Source: Macrostomum lignano (taxonomy: Eukaryota). Taken from it: a stretch of DNA of 64,000 nucleotides. Of this stretch, positions 24,883 through 36,185 are shown piece after piece. Under the pieces are notes generated by a model. That model was not told the origin of the DNA. It ran no database searches and saw only the letters and a list, made by a program, of their open reading frames with translations. Each line of letters opens with the position of its first letter. The first letter of the stretch is position 1. Location: the NCBI GenBank assembly GCA_002269645.1, contig NIVC01001751.1:178127-242126 (forward strand), written 5' to 3'. Made by a program: the position numbers and the translations under genes.

Positions 24883-26984
24883 ATGAGAATTTGTTGGATT
24901 AATTTCTGCACTTTCTACTGCCTGCTCTGTGTGACCTCCATGACCGAAGCGGAAGAATGTAAGTTCAGCTGTTTTGGGACTTTGCCATTGAACAGAGGCA
25001 TTGTATACTATGAGTAATCAGCACTGACCAGCCCCTGCTCATGTACTCACCTTGCGCCCACAGGTGAATACACCTCTAACGCCAGGGATCCATGCGATGA
25101 AACTGCGAACAGGGGCAGCTGCGCGGACTACTTCCAGTTGTATGCGACCGCGGCTGATCAGATCATTTCCAGCCCCAAATATCCGGGATACTATCCCAAG
25201 TGAGTCTGAGTCTGCATGTACTTTTTGGCGGGGCTACCATGCTATGCAATGCTCTTATTTCTCGAGAAGGCTTAGATAACTTTGTTGCTGCGGTATTCCT
25301 ATTATTAAAATGCTAATATTGATCACTTTAAAACCTCAACCGCTACAGCAACATCGTCTGCCGCTGGGTCCTGTCGGCCTGCAACTGCGGCGACCCTTCC
25401 AATCCGATTCCCAACGTGGACTATCGTGTGGAGTTCGAGGTGCTGGACTATGACTTGCAGGACAGTCCGTCTTGCACCAAGGATTTCTTGGAAATTAAGG
25501 ACGGTGAGCGGTAGAAACACCGGAAGGGTGTGAGAAACCAGGAGTGTGGTTGCCTTGATGCAAGGACAACTGACCTAGGAGTGCTCGCTGAAGGACCAAA
25601 GGAGTGCTTGCTGAAGTACCAAGGAGTGCTTGCTGAAGGACCAAAAGGAGTGCTTGTTGAAGGATCAAGGAGTGCTTGATGAAGGACCAGATGGAGTGCC
25701 TGCTGAAGGACCAGAAGGAGTGCCTGCTGAAGGACCAGAAGGAGTGCTTGTTGAAGGACCAAAAGGAGTGTCCTCTATAGGACCAGAAGGAGGGCCTGCT
25801 GAAGGATCAGAAAAGTGCTTGCCGAAGGACAAAAGGAGTGCTTGTTGAAGGACCAAAAGGAGTGCTTGTTGAAGGACCAAAAGGAGTGTCCTCTATAGGA
25901 CCAGAAGGAGTGCTTGTTGAAGGACCAGAAGGAGTGCCTGCTGAATGACAAAAGGAGTGCTTGTTGGAGGACCAGAAGGAGTGCCTGCTGAAGGACCAGA
26001 AGGAGTGCTTGTTGAAGGACCAGAAGGAGTGCCTGCTGAAGGACCAGAAGGAGTGCTTGTTGAAGGACCAGAAGGAGTTCCCTCCCCTGAAGGACCAAGA
26101 GTGCTCATCGAATGATTATGATAATTATAGGAGCAAAAAATCATTAGTAACATGATAAGTTCAGTATTTTGGGCAGAGGCCTATAAAGCACCGGAATCAG
26201 TAGAAATTTATGTTGTGTTCTTCTCGAGTGCAGTTTCTCGAACCAAATCCGCCCAGGAAAGCGCCTGTGGGACCACCGATATGCTCAGAAGTGCGGCAAT
26301 AAATGCGCTAGCGGAGAAAAGAATAGTACTATCAGCACTAGAAAACACCTGCTAGTCAGCTTCCAGACTGACGTGTTCGACCCTCTGGACCCCACACCGC
26401 ACCGCGGCTTCAGCGCTCGCTTCCGTTGCGTTGCAGTTCGTGAGTTTCTCCCCCTGTGTTTCTCCTCCCATCTGGTCAGGTGTCCTCTCTACAATTCCCT
26501 CCACAACTTCATCAATAACCCTCTTCCACAACCCCCATCCACAACCCCTCAACAAATATCTTCCACAACCCCCATCCACAACCCCCTCAACAAATATCTT
26601 CCACAACCCTCATCCACAACCCTCTCCGCAACCCCTCCGCAACTCCTCCGCAATCCCTTCGCAACCCCTTCGCAACCACTTCGCAACCCCTCCGCAACCC
26701 CTCCGCAACCCCCCTCCACAACCCCCTCAACAACCCCTCCGCAACCCCTCCGCAACCCCCCTCCACAACCCCCTCAACAACCCCCTCCACAACCCCTTCG
26801 CAACCCCTCCGCAACCGCCTCCGACAATGACTCCGCAGCCGTACCGCAGAGCGACAGTCTGGTGCTGGGCCCGGCCAACTACCTACTGATAGCCATCAGC
26901 ATCCTGCTGGCCTTTCTGTTCGGTGGGGCGGCCGTGCTGCTGTTTTTCCGCGAGAAGCGCCGCAATGAGCGGCTTGGCAACTAA
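24883..26984 (+). CDS. Single-CUB-domain type I membrane protein, paralog 2 (~231 aa, 5 exons)
   Basis: Exons 24883-24958 (signal MRICWINFCTFYCLLCVTSMTEAEE), 25064-25199 (IISSPKYPGYYP), 25349-25503 (IVCRWVL...FEVLDYDLQDSPSCTKDFLEIKDG), 26257-26439 (KCGNKC...LLVSFQTDV...HRGFSARFRC), 26839-26984 (TM). Same intron phases as paralog 1; exons 2 and 5 have identical lengths (136, 146 nt); total 696 nt. Confidence 0.9.
25580..26095. repeat. 24-bp minisatellite in CUB2 intron 3
   Basis: Unit GAAGGACCAGAAGGAGTGCCTGCT. Confidence 0.9.
26525..26815. repeat. C-rich ~11-bp degenerate repeat in CUB2 intron 4
   Basis: CAACCCCTCCG/CAACCCCCTCCA units. Confidence 0.85.
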
Positions 26985-28059
26985 CAGCTGTTGTGAGCTT
27001 TGGCAATCAGTAGCGAATCTTGGAAGAGATTGCTGAAAGTGATAATGTCATGTCACTTCACATGTCATGTCACAGGCCATAGTTACAAGATTAATTTCAA
27101 CGTATATGTAGCAAATTGTATGATAACTTTATTATTGTGCTCATTTTCTATTAGTAATTTTTGTTAGCGAATTTCCCTTGAATTTTTTCATTTAAAATTT
27201 CATCACCCTCAATTAGGAGTTTAAAATAGACCTACTGGCCAAGATAAATCGGTCTAAATGATTTATGAGTAGTTAATAGAATCTTTGTCAAGGACATCTG
27301 TTAGTTACTGGACTTGAAAAAGGAAACTAGGGGATAAATTTCTGTTAAGAATGCAAAACCTATCGATTTTAAGAGCTGAAAAATGACAATGTTTCACCTT
27401 CTATTATATATTGAAACAAAGTTTTTTTACGTAATCTACACACCATTTGTTTTGTTAATGAACACTTTAATGTACATAAAATGATGTAATAAATTATTAG
27501 TTTATATCAGGCAGCTTGAATGGATATATTTATTTAGGTCCTAAATTGAAGAAAAAAAAAGCTAATGAATGCCAGAGTACGGGCAGGGCTGTACAGTGGA
27601 ACTCAAGCATGGAATATGGCCGCGACCGCGCGCTCAGCAGCACGGTGTATGAAATGAACTGTAGAGTAGACAGTGGCTGTAACAGTGAAGGCAGTTTTTA
27701 AATAAAATACACAGATAGCCCAATTTTACTATTGAAGTAATAGGGAAAAAAGTGAATTGATCACAAAATAGTATAACAAAACTCAAAGATATAAACGTCA
27801 CGGCATAAAGATAGGAACTGCAAGGCGCTCATTCATAGTGCAATAAATAATACATGTAAATTGTATCGCATTGAAATAGGGTCATTTTTACCTTCACTTT
27901 CTAGCTATGCCAGGCCAAGACCTGCACTGGCCATTTTTATATAATAGTCTTTGTGTTTGATTCAGCAATCGTACTTTTTACTCTTTGTATGAGTATTTCT
28001 ACTCTGTGCAAATCCGTGCTGTAGAAACGGATAAGGGTAAAGAGACCAGCTGAAGAGAG

Positions 28060-30000
28060 TGTAGCCCAAGGAGGGTGTAGACCGAGGAGGGTGTAGACCG
28101 AGGAGGGTGTAGACCGAGGAGGATGTAGACCGAGGAGGGTGTAGACCGAGGAGGATGTAGACCGAGGAGGGTGTAGACTGAGGAGGGTGTAGACCGAGGA
28201 GGGTGTAGTCCAAGAAGGGTGTAGACCAAGAAGGGTGTAGGCCGAGGAGGGTGTAGACCAAGAAGGGTGTAGACCGAGGAGGATGTAGACCGAGGAGGGT
28301 GTAGACCGAGGAGGATGTAGACCGAGGAGGGTGTAGACTGAGGAGGGTGTAGACCGAGGAGGGTGTAGTCCAAGAAGGGTGTAGACCAAGAAGGGTGTAG
28401 CCCAAGGAGGTGTAGACCGAGGAGGGTGTAGACCGAGGAGGATGTAGACCGAGGAGGGTGTAGACTGAGGAGGGTGTAGACCGAGGAGGGTGTAGTCCAA
28501 GAAGGGTGTAGACCAAGAAGGGTGTAGGCCGAGGAGGGTGTAGACCAAGAAGGGTGTAGACCGAGGAGGATGTAGACCGAGGAGGGTGTAGACCGAGGAG
28601 GGTGTAGACCGAGGAGGGTGTAGTCCAAGAAGGGTGTAGACCAAGAAGGGTGTAGGCCGAGGAGGGTGTAGACCAAGAAGGGTGTAGACCGAGGAGGATG
28701 TAGACCGAGGAGGGTGTAGACTGAGGAGGGTGTAGACCGAGGAGAGTGTAGTCCAAGAAGGGTGTAGACCAAGAAGGGTGTAGACCGAGGAGGGTGTAGA
28801 CCGAGGAGGGTGTAGACCGAGGAGGATGTAGACCAAGAAGGGTGTAGGCCGAGGAGGGTGTAGACCAAGAAGGGTGTAGACCGAGGAGGATGTAGACCGA
28901 GGAGGGTGTAGACTGAGGAGGGTGTAGACCGAGGAGAGTGTAGTCCAAGAAGGGTGTAGACCAAGAAGGGTGTAGACCGAGGAGGGTGTAGACCGAGGAG
29001 GGTGTAGACCGAGGAGGATGTAGACCAAGAAGGGTGTAGACCGAGGAGGGTGTAGACCGAGGAGGGTGTAGACCGAGGAGGATGTAGACCAAGAAGGGTG
29101 TAGGCCGAGGAGGGTGTAGACTGAGGAGGGTGTCGACTGAGGAGGGTGTAGACCGAGGAGGGTGTAGTCCAAGAAGGGTGTAGACTAAGAAGGGTGTAGG
29201 CCGAGGAGGGTGTAGACCGAGGAGGTTGAGACCGAGGAGGGTGTAGACCGAGGAGGGTGTAGACTGAGGAGGGTGTAGACCGAGGAGGGTGTAGACCGAG
29301 GAGGGTGTAGACTGAGGAGGGTGTAGACCGAGGAGGGTGTAGTCCAAGAAGGTTGTAGACAAAGAAGGGTGTAGGCCGAGGAGGGTGTAGACCGAGGAGG
29401 GTGTAGACCGAGGAGGGTGTAGACCGAGGAGGGTGTAGTCCAAGAAGGGTGTAGACCAAGAAGGGTGTAGGCCGAGGAGGGTGTAGACCGAGGGGGGTGT
29501 AGACCGAGGAGGGTGTAGACTGAGGAGGGTGTAGACCGAGGAGTTTGTAGTCCAAGAAGGGTGTAGACCAAGAAGGGTGTAGGCCGAGGAGGGTGTAGAC
29601 CGAGGAGGGTGTAGACCGAGGAGGGTGTAGACCGAGGAGGGTGTAGACTGAGGAGAGTGTAGACCGAGGAGGGTGTAGTCCAAGAAGGGTGTAGACCAAG
29701 AAGGGTGTAGGCCGAGGAGGGTGTAGACCGAGGAGGGTGTAGACCGAGGAGGGTGTAGACCGAGGAGGGTGTAGACCGAGGAGGGTGTAGACCGAGGAGG
29801 GTGTAGACCGAGGAGGGTGTAGACTGAGGAGGGTGTAGACTGAGGAGGGTGTAGACCGAGGAGGGTGTAGTCCAAGAAGGGTGTAGACCAAGAATGATGT
29901 AGACCAAGAAGGGTGTAGACCGAGGAGGGTGTAGACCGAAGAGGGTGTAGGCCGAGGAGGGTGTAGGCCGAGGAGGGTGTAGACCGAGGTGGAGGGTATA
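28060..30000. repeat. 16-bp minisatellite (~120 copies) downstream of the tensin stop codon
   Basis: GTAGACCGAGGAGGGT with recurrent GTAGTCCAAGAAGGGT/GTAGACCAAGAAGGGT variants; source of the 400-640 aa minus-strand pseudo-ORFs. Confidence 0.95.
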
Positions 30001-30157
30001 GGCCAGACGGTCGAGTCTTCTCTGAAAAGACGCGCTAGTCACAGCTAACAATCGGAAAATTGACTCAATCAAAATTCGTCCGTAAGGCAGGGGAAGAGGC
30101 GCATTCCGCTGGTTAATCCGTGGAAATTCCGCGGGAAAGCCTTCGCGCTCGGACCCC

Positions 30158-33100
30158 CTACCGGCCAATCAGGTACTTGCAGACGAAGCGAACCACGGCC
30201 TCAGCCGGCTGATGCTCTTCGATCTCGCACAGGATGACCGCCGTGTTCTCTTGGCTGTTCGTGTTCTTCCGGGCTACGAAGCCGAACAGCCTGAATAGGA
30301 GGTCGGTGGTTCGATTACTGCTTATTTGTAACCATTCGTGGATCCTTTAAAAATGAAATCCTCTAGAACAGTAATTTAGTATTTTTAACTTACTTTGGAT
30401 GAGCCAGTCCTCTTGCTCTGGACTCTTCGGATTCAAAGCTGAAATGAGCACGCGGTTGCCATGATAGTTAATCATCCCCAGTGAGTAAGTAGGCTTAAAT
30501 CTACCCCGATGCACTGACCTGCAGCCGCCCGGCACCATGCCGCTGTACAGCACGCAGGCAGTCGGGTAGTGCTTCCGGAAGAACTGCCGCCTAGCGTGGT
30601 CGGTCAGACTGATCCCGTCGCGGGCAACCTTTAGCTGGCAGACGCAGGTGCGCAGCCGCTCTCGATGGCGCAGAAGTGCATCCGCGCCGCGGGACAGGCC
30701 GCCGGATCCGGTGAGAGACTCGATGTCAACCGCGCCGATGTACAGCACGCTGCATGCTGGCAGGCGGTTCGGTGGGTTGGGGTGCGAAATGAGTATAGAA
30801 TGTGGAATGAGTCTAGGATGTGGAATGAGTCTAGGATGTGGAATGAGTCTAGGATGTGGAATGAGTCTAGGATGTGGAATGAGTCTAGGATGTGGAATGA
30901 GTCTAGGATGTGGAATGAGTCTAGAATGTGGAATGAGTCTAGGATGCGGAATGAGTCTAGGATGCGGAATGAGTCTAGGATGTGGAATGAGTCTAGAATG
31001 TGGAATGAGTCTAGGATGCGGAATGAGTCTAGGATGTGGAATGAGTCTAGGATGTGGAATGAGTCTAGAATGTGGAATGAGTCTAGAATGTGGAATGAGC
31101 TTAGGATCTGGAATGAGTCCAGGATCTGGAATGAGTCCAGGATCTGGGATGAGTCCAGGATCTGGGATGAGTCCAGGATCTGGATGAGTCCAGGATCTGG
31201 GATGAGTCCAGGATGTGAAATGAGTTTAGGATCTGGAATGAGTCGGAATCTGAATTTCAAGCTGACTGGGGGATTGAGCAGGACTCATAACTGATTGAAC
31301 CAACCTGCTCCGTGCTCTAGGATGACCCGGGGATCCAGGCTAGTATCCGCCGAGTCAAGCGCATCACTCTGGGCGTCTGTCGGCGGCAGTTCCAGGCGAC
31401 AGGGCAGCGCCAGCGGCATCACCGTGTGCTGGTAGATCAGGGCGGCCAGGGAAGCGAACACGGGCTCGTTGGCGCAGCCGCGGATGCGGACGCCTCGACT
31501 GGTCTGTTCGATGAGGAAGTGCCGCACCAGCTCGTCGGCGGCTGAGTTGGCGTCATCGGCCGGTGGGGCTCCCATAGGCACCTCCGCCACTTTGACAGCG
31601 AGGCCGTAGGCGCCGGCGAAGCTGGTGCTGTCGCGGACCACGAAACGACCCGGTGGCAGCGGCCTCAGGATGGCGATGGCTATCGGCAAAGAGTGGAATG
31701 GAGAAGGATTGGAGTGAGGGTCTGAGCTCAATATATTGCCCTGGAAGCTTAATACATCGCGATGGAGCTTAATGCACTGCGTTTGAAGCTTAATAAATCG
31801 CATTGGAGCTTAATGTACTGCGTTTGAAGCTTAATACATCGCATTGGAGCTTAATGTACTGCGTTTGAAGCTTAATACATCGCGATGGAGCCTAGTTTCG
31901 AGGGACACTAGTGGTGAATTCTACTGTTTCTGTATTCAGTGCAGTTTGCCATGCAAATTTTACGCAGTTGCATGAAAATTCAAGCTGAGAAGCCGTACCT
32001 TCTTCTCGGCTTATGTTGGGCAGGTACCAGTACTGAGATGTGTCGTTGACAAACTTCAACATACCGCCAGGCGATGGCGGATCAAATTCGAAATGGCTGC
32101 CGCCACCGGTGCTGTGCCCTGAGTAGCGCTGGCTCGGACTGTTGCTGCCGGGGCTCGCCAACCAGCCTCCGCCATCGCCACCGCCGCTCTGGAACTGCAT
32201 GCGGTGGGACTGGTGACGACTTGACACTGTCTCTGTGTATCCAACAGTCTGCTGGCGATTCTGTGGAAGTTGGAACTGCTGCGGCTGCTGGAACTGCTGC
32301 TGCTGGTGCTGCTGGAACTGCTGCGGCTGCTGGAACTGCTGCTGCTGGTGCTGCTGGAACTGCTGCGGCTGTTGCCTTTGCTGGCTCGAGGATGAGACAC
32401 GAAGAAAGCTGTTTCTCGGTTCAATGCTGGACGCCTGTAGGGTTGCAGCTGAAATGATAGGGAAAAAAGTATTGGCTCTAAATTGCTATCAGCTCATTTT
32501 CATAAGCCAAGCGAAAATTCGGCACAGACCAGCTAGCTGAACACATTAAAATATTTAGATCAGCGACAATAGTTTAAAAGTTAGGTTTTGTCTTTCAAGC
32601 GGCGCATGTGTTATCAAGTGAGTAAATGCAGTTTTATTAACCCCAAAGCAAGTGCTCTCAAAGCTGTAAATTGTAAGCATTAGCTTTAATTCGTTGTTAG
32701 GCCAGCCGGAACTCGTCATGTTATTTTCCCAGGTGCCCAGCCTGAGCAGCCAAGCCGCGTCACCCACTTTTGCCAGCGGTGGCGTAGACAGCGTTGCTAA
32801 ACACAGCGTCGTCCGCCTCGGATGACGACAGGCTGCAGGCGCCTCGGCCGGACGACCTGTCGCAGCTGCTGTTGCCCGCGCCGGTGATGAGAATGGGGCG
32901 CAGTTCGGTCACCTCCATGTAGGTTTTTCCTTCGCCGTCAAAGTCAGCGTGGACTGTCGAGGACGAGGAGGAGGACGCCGTATCGACAACAACCCGAGGT
33001 GGCTGCAGCAAGCTGCACGAGACCCTGGCGTTGGTGGCGGAGGCTGTGGACACGCGGAAACTTCCGCCTCTGCCGCTGCCGGCCTGGCTGGGGGTTCTTT

Positions 33101-36100
33101 CGCTTCGGCTCAGCGATCGACTGGACTGCCGTTGCTGGCGCTGCTGGTTCTGGTTCTGGTGATACTGTATGTGCTGGTACCGGCTCTGGTGCAGGCCGTT
33201 GGCCGGACGCTGGGTTTCCTGTCCCTGCAGCATCAGCGGCTGCTGAACTGGCTGCGCCACTCCTCCAGGCACTTGCAGGTAGGCGGCGGCTCCGCCAAAG
33301 CCGTTCAACTGTTGCAGGCTTAGCGATGTGGTTGGCATGGCAACCATGAATGCCATCGGCATCACTTGAACAGGAGAGCTTGTAGCTGCGGTGGCTACTG
33401 GAACTTGAGGAGTGCTACCTGAACGAGAGCAAAAATGGCCGGATGTGGTGGTCAAATTTTGGCTACTTTTGGTATAGTTGGGGACCTGAAAATTATTTTT
33501 TTAACTTTTTACACTTTCTTTACCTGTGACACCATTTTCGGCCACAAAAAATCTACAGTTTAATATCTCCGAATCCCTGAATCATTTTTATGCTTTATCT
33601 TCAGCTGTAAGACTTTCAAAGTACTCTTAACCAAACTTTATTCTTTTAATCCTTGTTTCAGATATTCATAATCGAGCTCAATACTCACCTCTGAGCGGCC
33701 CGACTCCGGTTGGGGTCGCTGGCGAAACAGTTGGCGCCGCTGGCCGCTGCGGCTGCTTCGGAGCCTGGAACGGGTCGGCCCGGTCCAGCTGCGGAGTAGA
33801 CAAGTTGAGGGTCCGCAGCCGGTTGTTGCCCAGCTGGTATCCCGAGCTGGCCTGCCTCAGCCGGTGCTGAGCAGTATGGCTAGGCAGGGTCTTGATCCCC
33901 GCCCCGATCGGGCGAAGGCTGGTAGTCTCCGAGTACACGTCCGACAATCCTTCGGACTCTTTACGCGAACTGGTGGCAGCTTCCTTGACCTTGTGGCTGG
34001 AATGCTGGCAGCTGCTGCTGCTGCTGCTAGCGTGGACTTCCTCGCTATGAAGCGAGTGGTCGTGCGAGTGGTCGTGCGAGTGGTTGTGCGAGTGGTTGTG
34101 CGAGTGGTTGTGCGAGTGGTCGTGCGAGTGGTCGTGCGAGTGGTCGTGCGAGTGTTCGTGCGAATGGGAATGCGGCTCTATGGATTGGTTTCGATTCGGC
34201 TCGTGCTTGTGGCCAATAGCAGGCCGTTGAGGAGGCATTAGCTGGTGCTGCTGTGCGTGGCTGTGGCTGTGGTTGTGATTGTGACTGTGGTGCTGCTCGG
34301 TTTGCTGCGGGCGGAGTAAATCCATTTTTGTATTTTATTTCACGTTACGAACAGCTAAAATCTTTTTGATTGGTGGATTGGGAAGTTTGGATCACCATAT
34401 AAAAACTACGAGCTAGACAGAACCTTACCATCGAATAGGAACTGGACGATTCTTGGTGCTGCTGGTGGTGCGAGGCGGAGGCCGATGTCGATTGCCGCTG
34501 CTGCTGCTGCAGCGGCATCTGGCTGCTCTGCGACGGAAAGCGGAAGATGCCACCACCTTGAAGAGAAGGGATGGGAGGCACAATGTCTGATGCCTGTAGG
34601 TCAACTAGCTGGTTTTTGTAAAAATTTGATTCACGGAACAATAGTGCATCCGCCTCTGGAGCCAAAGTCGCTAGCTGTGTTCAATTCCGCGTTAATTAGT
34701 GCAGTTATAAATGGGTTCGCAAAAATGAAAATTCCCCCGGGGCTTGGGCCATTTGCCTAATTCCAATCCCAAAAAACCAATCCCAAGACACAGTGTGTGC
34801 ACTGAAGATGAGAAGCTGCCGTACACCCTGTGCAAGCGTATGCTCGGGGGTCAACGAAATGGACACAACTGCAAGAGAACAAACAAACCAACTAACTAGA
34901 AACCGATGAAGGGCCAGTCATACAGTACGAGCTAACTGACTACACACTTGTGAGTTTTCAGTCTCACCTGGACTGTCTGTGCGTGGAAACTCGTTCGGGC
35001 GTCCGACGTCACGGGGTGGCAAGCCACCCTTTTGGCTTGGAGGCGACTGCAGCTGCGGCTGCCCCGACTTCGGGGGCTGCTGACCGGTCGGTGGGAACAC
35101 CTGAAAGATGCTAACACTCTCTTCAACAGCCATTGATTCCTCGTGCTTCGAAGAGCTCTCCTTCGCGCTGCGATTGTAGCTCTGGCTCTGCTCTGCCGAC
35201 GAGGAGCTCCGCATTGCTGCTGCCACGGCTGAAGACCCAGCCGCCTGTAAAGCTGAAGACTTCGCTGATTGCAGAGCCCCTGACGGCGACGCTGACGAAG
35301 AGTCTGCAGGCAGCTGCGATTTCGAAGGCAGCCGCGTTCGGGGCGGCGGCGTCGGGACTCTGCCGGCAGCAGCTGCCACGATGTCCGTGTTCACGTAGAG
35401 CGGCTCGGACGAGTCTGAGTCTCCGGTGTCGTCGCTGTCGCTGCCGCTGTCGGTGTCGCTAACGCTGCTGTCGTCGTGGCCGCCTCCGTTCCAAGAGTCT
35501 GCTGGCTCGCGATCGTAGCCATCCCTGTGTAGCTTGGGCTCGGGATGGCCTGCGAAAGTTGAGTCGGTGCAAAATGCACAGTGGTGCACCACTGAATCAA
35601 CGCTTTCATTAGTAATGCAAGCTGAGGTCTACAGCCTCGGGTAAGACAGGGAAGGAAAGGTCATAAAGCCTGGGTTAGTGACGATAATAAAGAGGGATAA
35701 ATTGAGAAAAACCATAAAACGTCATTCAAACGTCATAAAAAACAGTTGCTAATCTGAGCTAGGAAGGGAGAGAATCATTATCTAGAGTCGACACTAACCT
35801 CTACGGAAAGTCTTATTATGCTTTTACAATCGTACACACCCGGCGAACGGCCGCCTCCGCCGCCACGGCCGCCCCATCCCGGCGGGCTCATCGGATTATC
35901 TGACGAGCCGCTGCCGTGGCCGCCGTCGCTCCATTTTAGCCGGCCGAGCTCGCGGAGTTGCCTCTGGGCGTCTTCAAGCTGTGCCATCAGCAGGCGCTCC
36001 TTTTCAGTCGCCGGCTGCCGTTGCGGCTGTCGCGGCTGGTGGTTTGCGGCTCGCCGGCCTCCGGCAGCGTTTGGTGCAACCCGATCTTCGGGGACCCAGA

Positions 36101-36185
36101 CGTCCTCCAGCAGCTGGTCGATGTCGCCAGACTGGCTGTAGACTCGGGCGCCGCTGCTGTACCGCGGATACGGCGCTGCTGCCAT
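30158..36185 (-). CDS. TNS: Tensin family protein (C-terminal SH2 + PTB, long low-complexity N-terminus), ~1127 aa
   Basis: Phase-consistent exons 36185-35840, 35549-34968, 34868-34825 (tentative 44 nt), 34593-34429, 34304-33689, 33418-32768, 32232-31999 (acceptor tentative; KFVNDTSQYWYLPNISREE), 31679-31305 (SH2: FVVRDSTSFAGAYGLAVKV...LVRHFLIE...EPVFASLAALIYQH...LPCRL), 30756-30519 (PTB: ACSVLYIGAVDIESLTG...FFRKHYP), 30290-30158 (LFGFVARK). The true 5' end is uncertain. Confidence 0.9.
30795..31250. repeat. 18-bp minisatellite in the tensin SH2-PTB intron
   Basis: Unit GGAATGAGTCTAGGATGT. Confidence 0.95.
31745..31892. repeat. 40-bp repeat (3-4 copies) in a tensin intron
   Basis: GGAGCTTAATGTACTGCGTTTGAAGCTTAATACATCGCAT units. 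Confidence 0.85.

Noticed and set aside
27937-30168. 327-637 aa ORFs (YTLLGLHPPRSTPSSV)n
   Set aside because: 16-bp minisatellite artefact with no unique domain.
33330-33345. X-box-like GTTGGCATGGCAAC
   Set aside because: Lies in a tensin coding exon (MVAMPT) far from any evident promoter.
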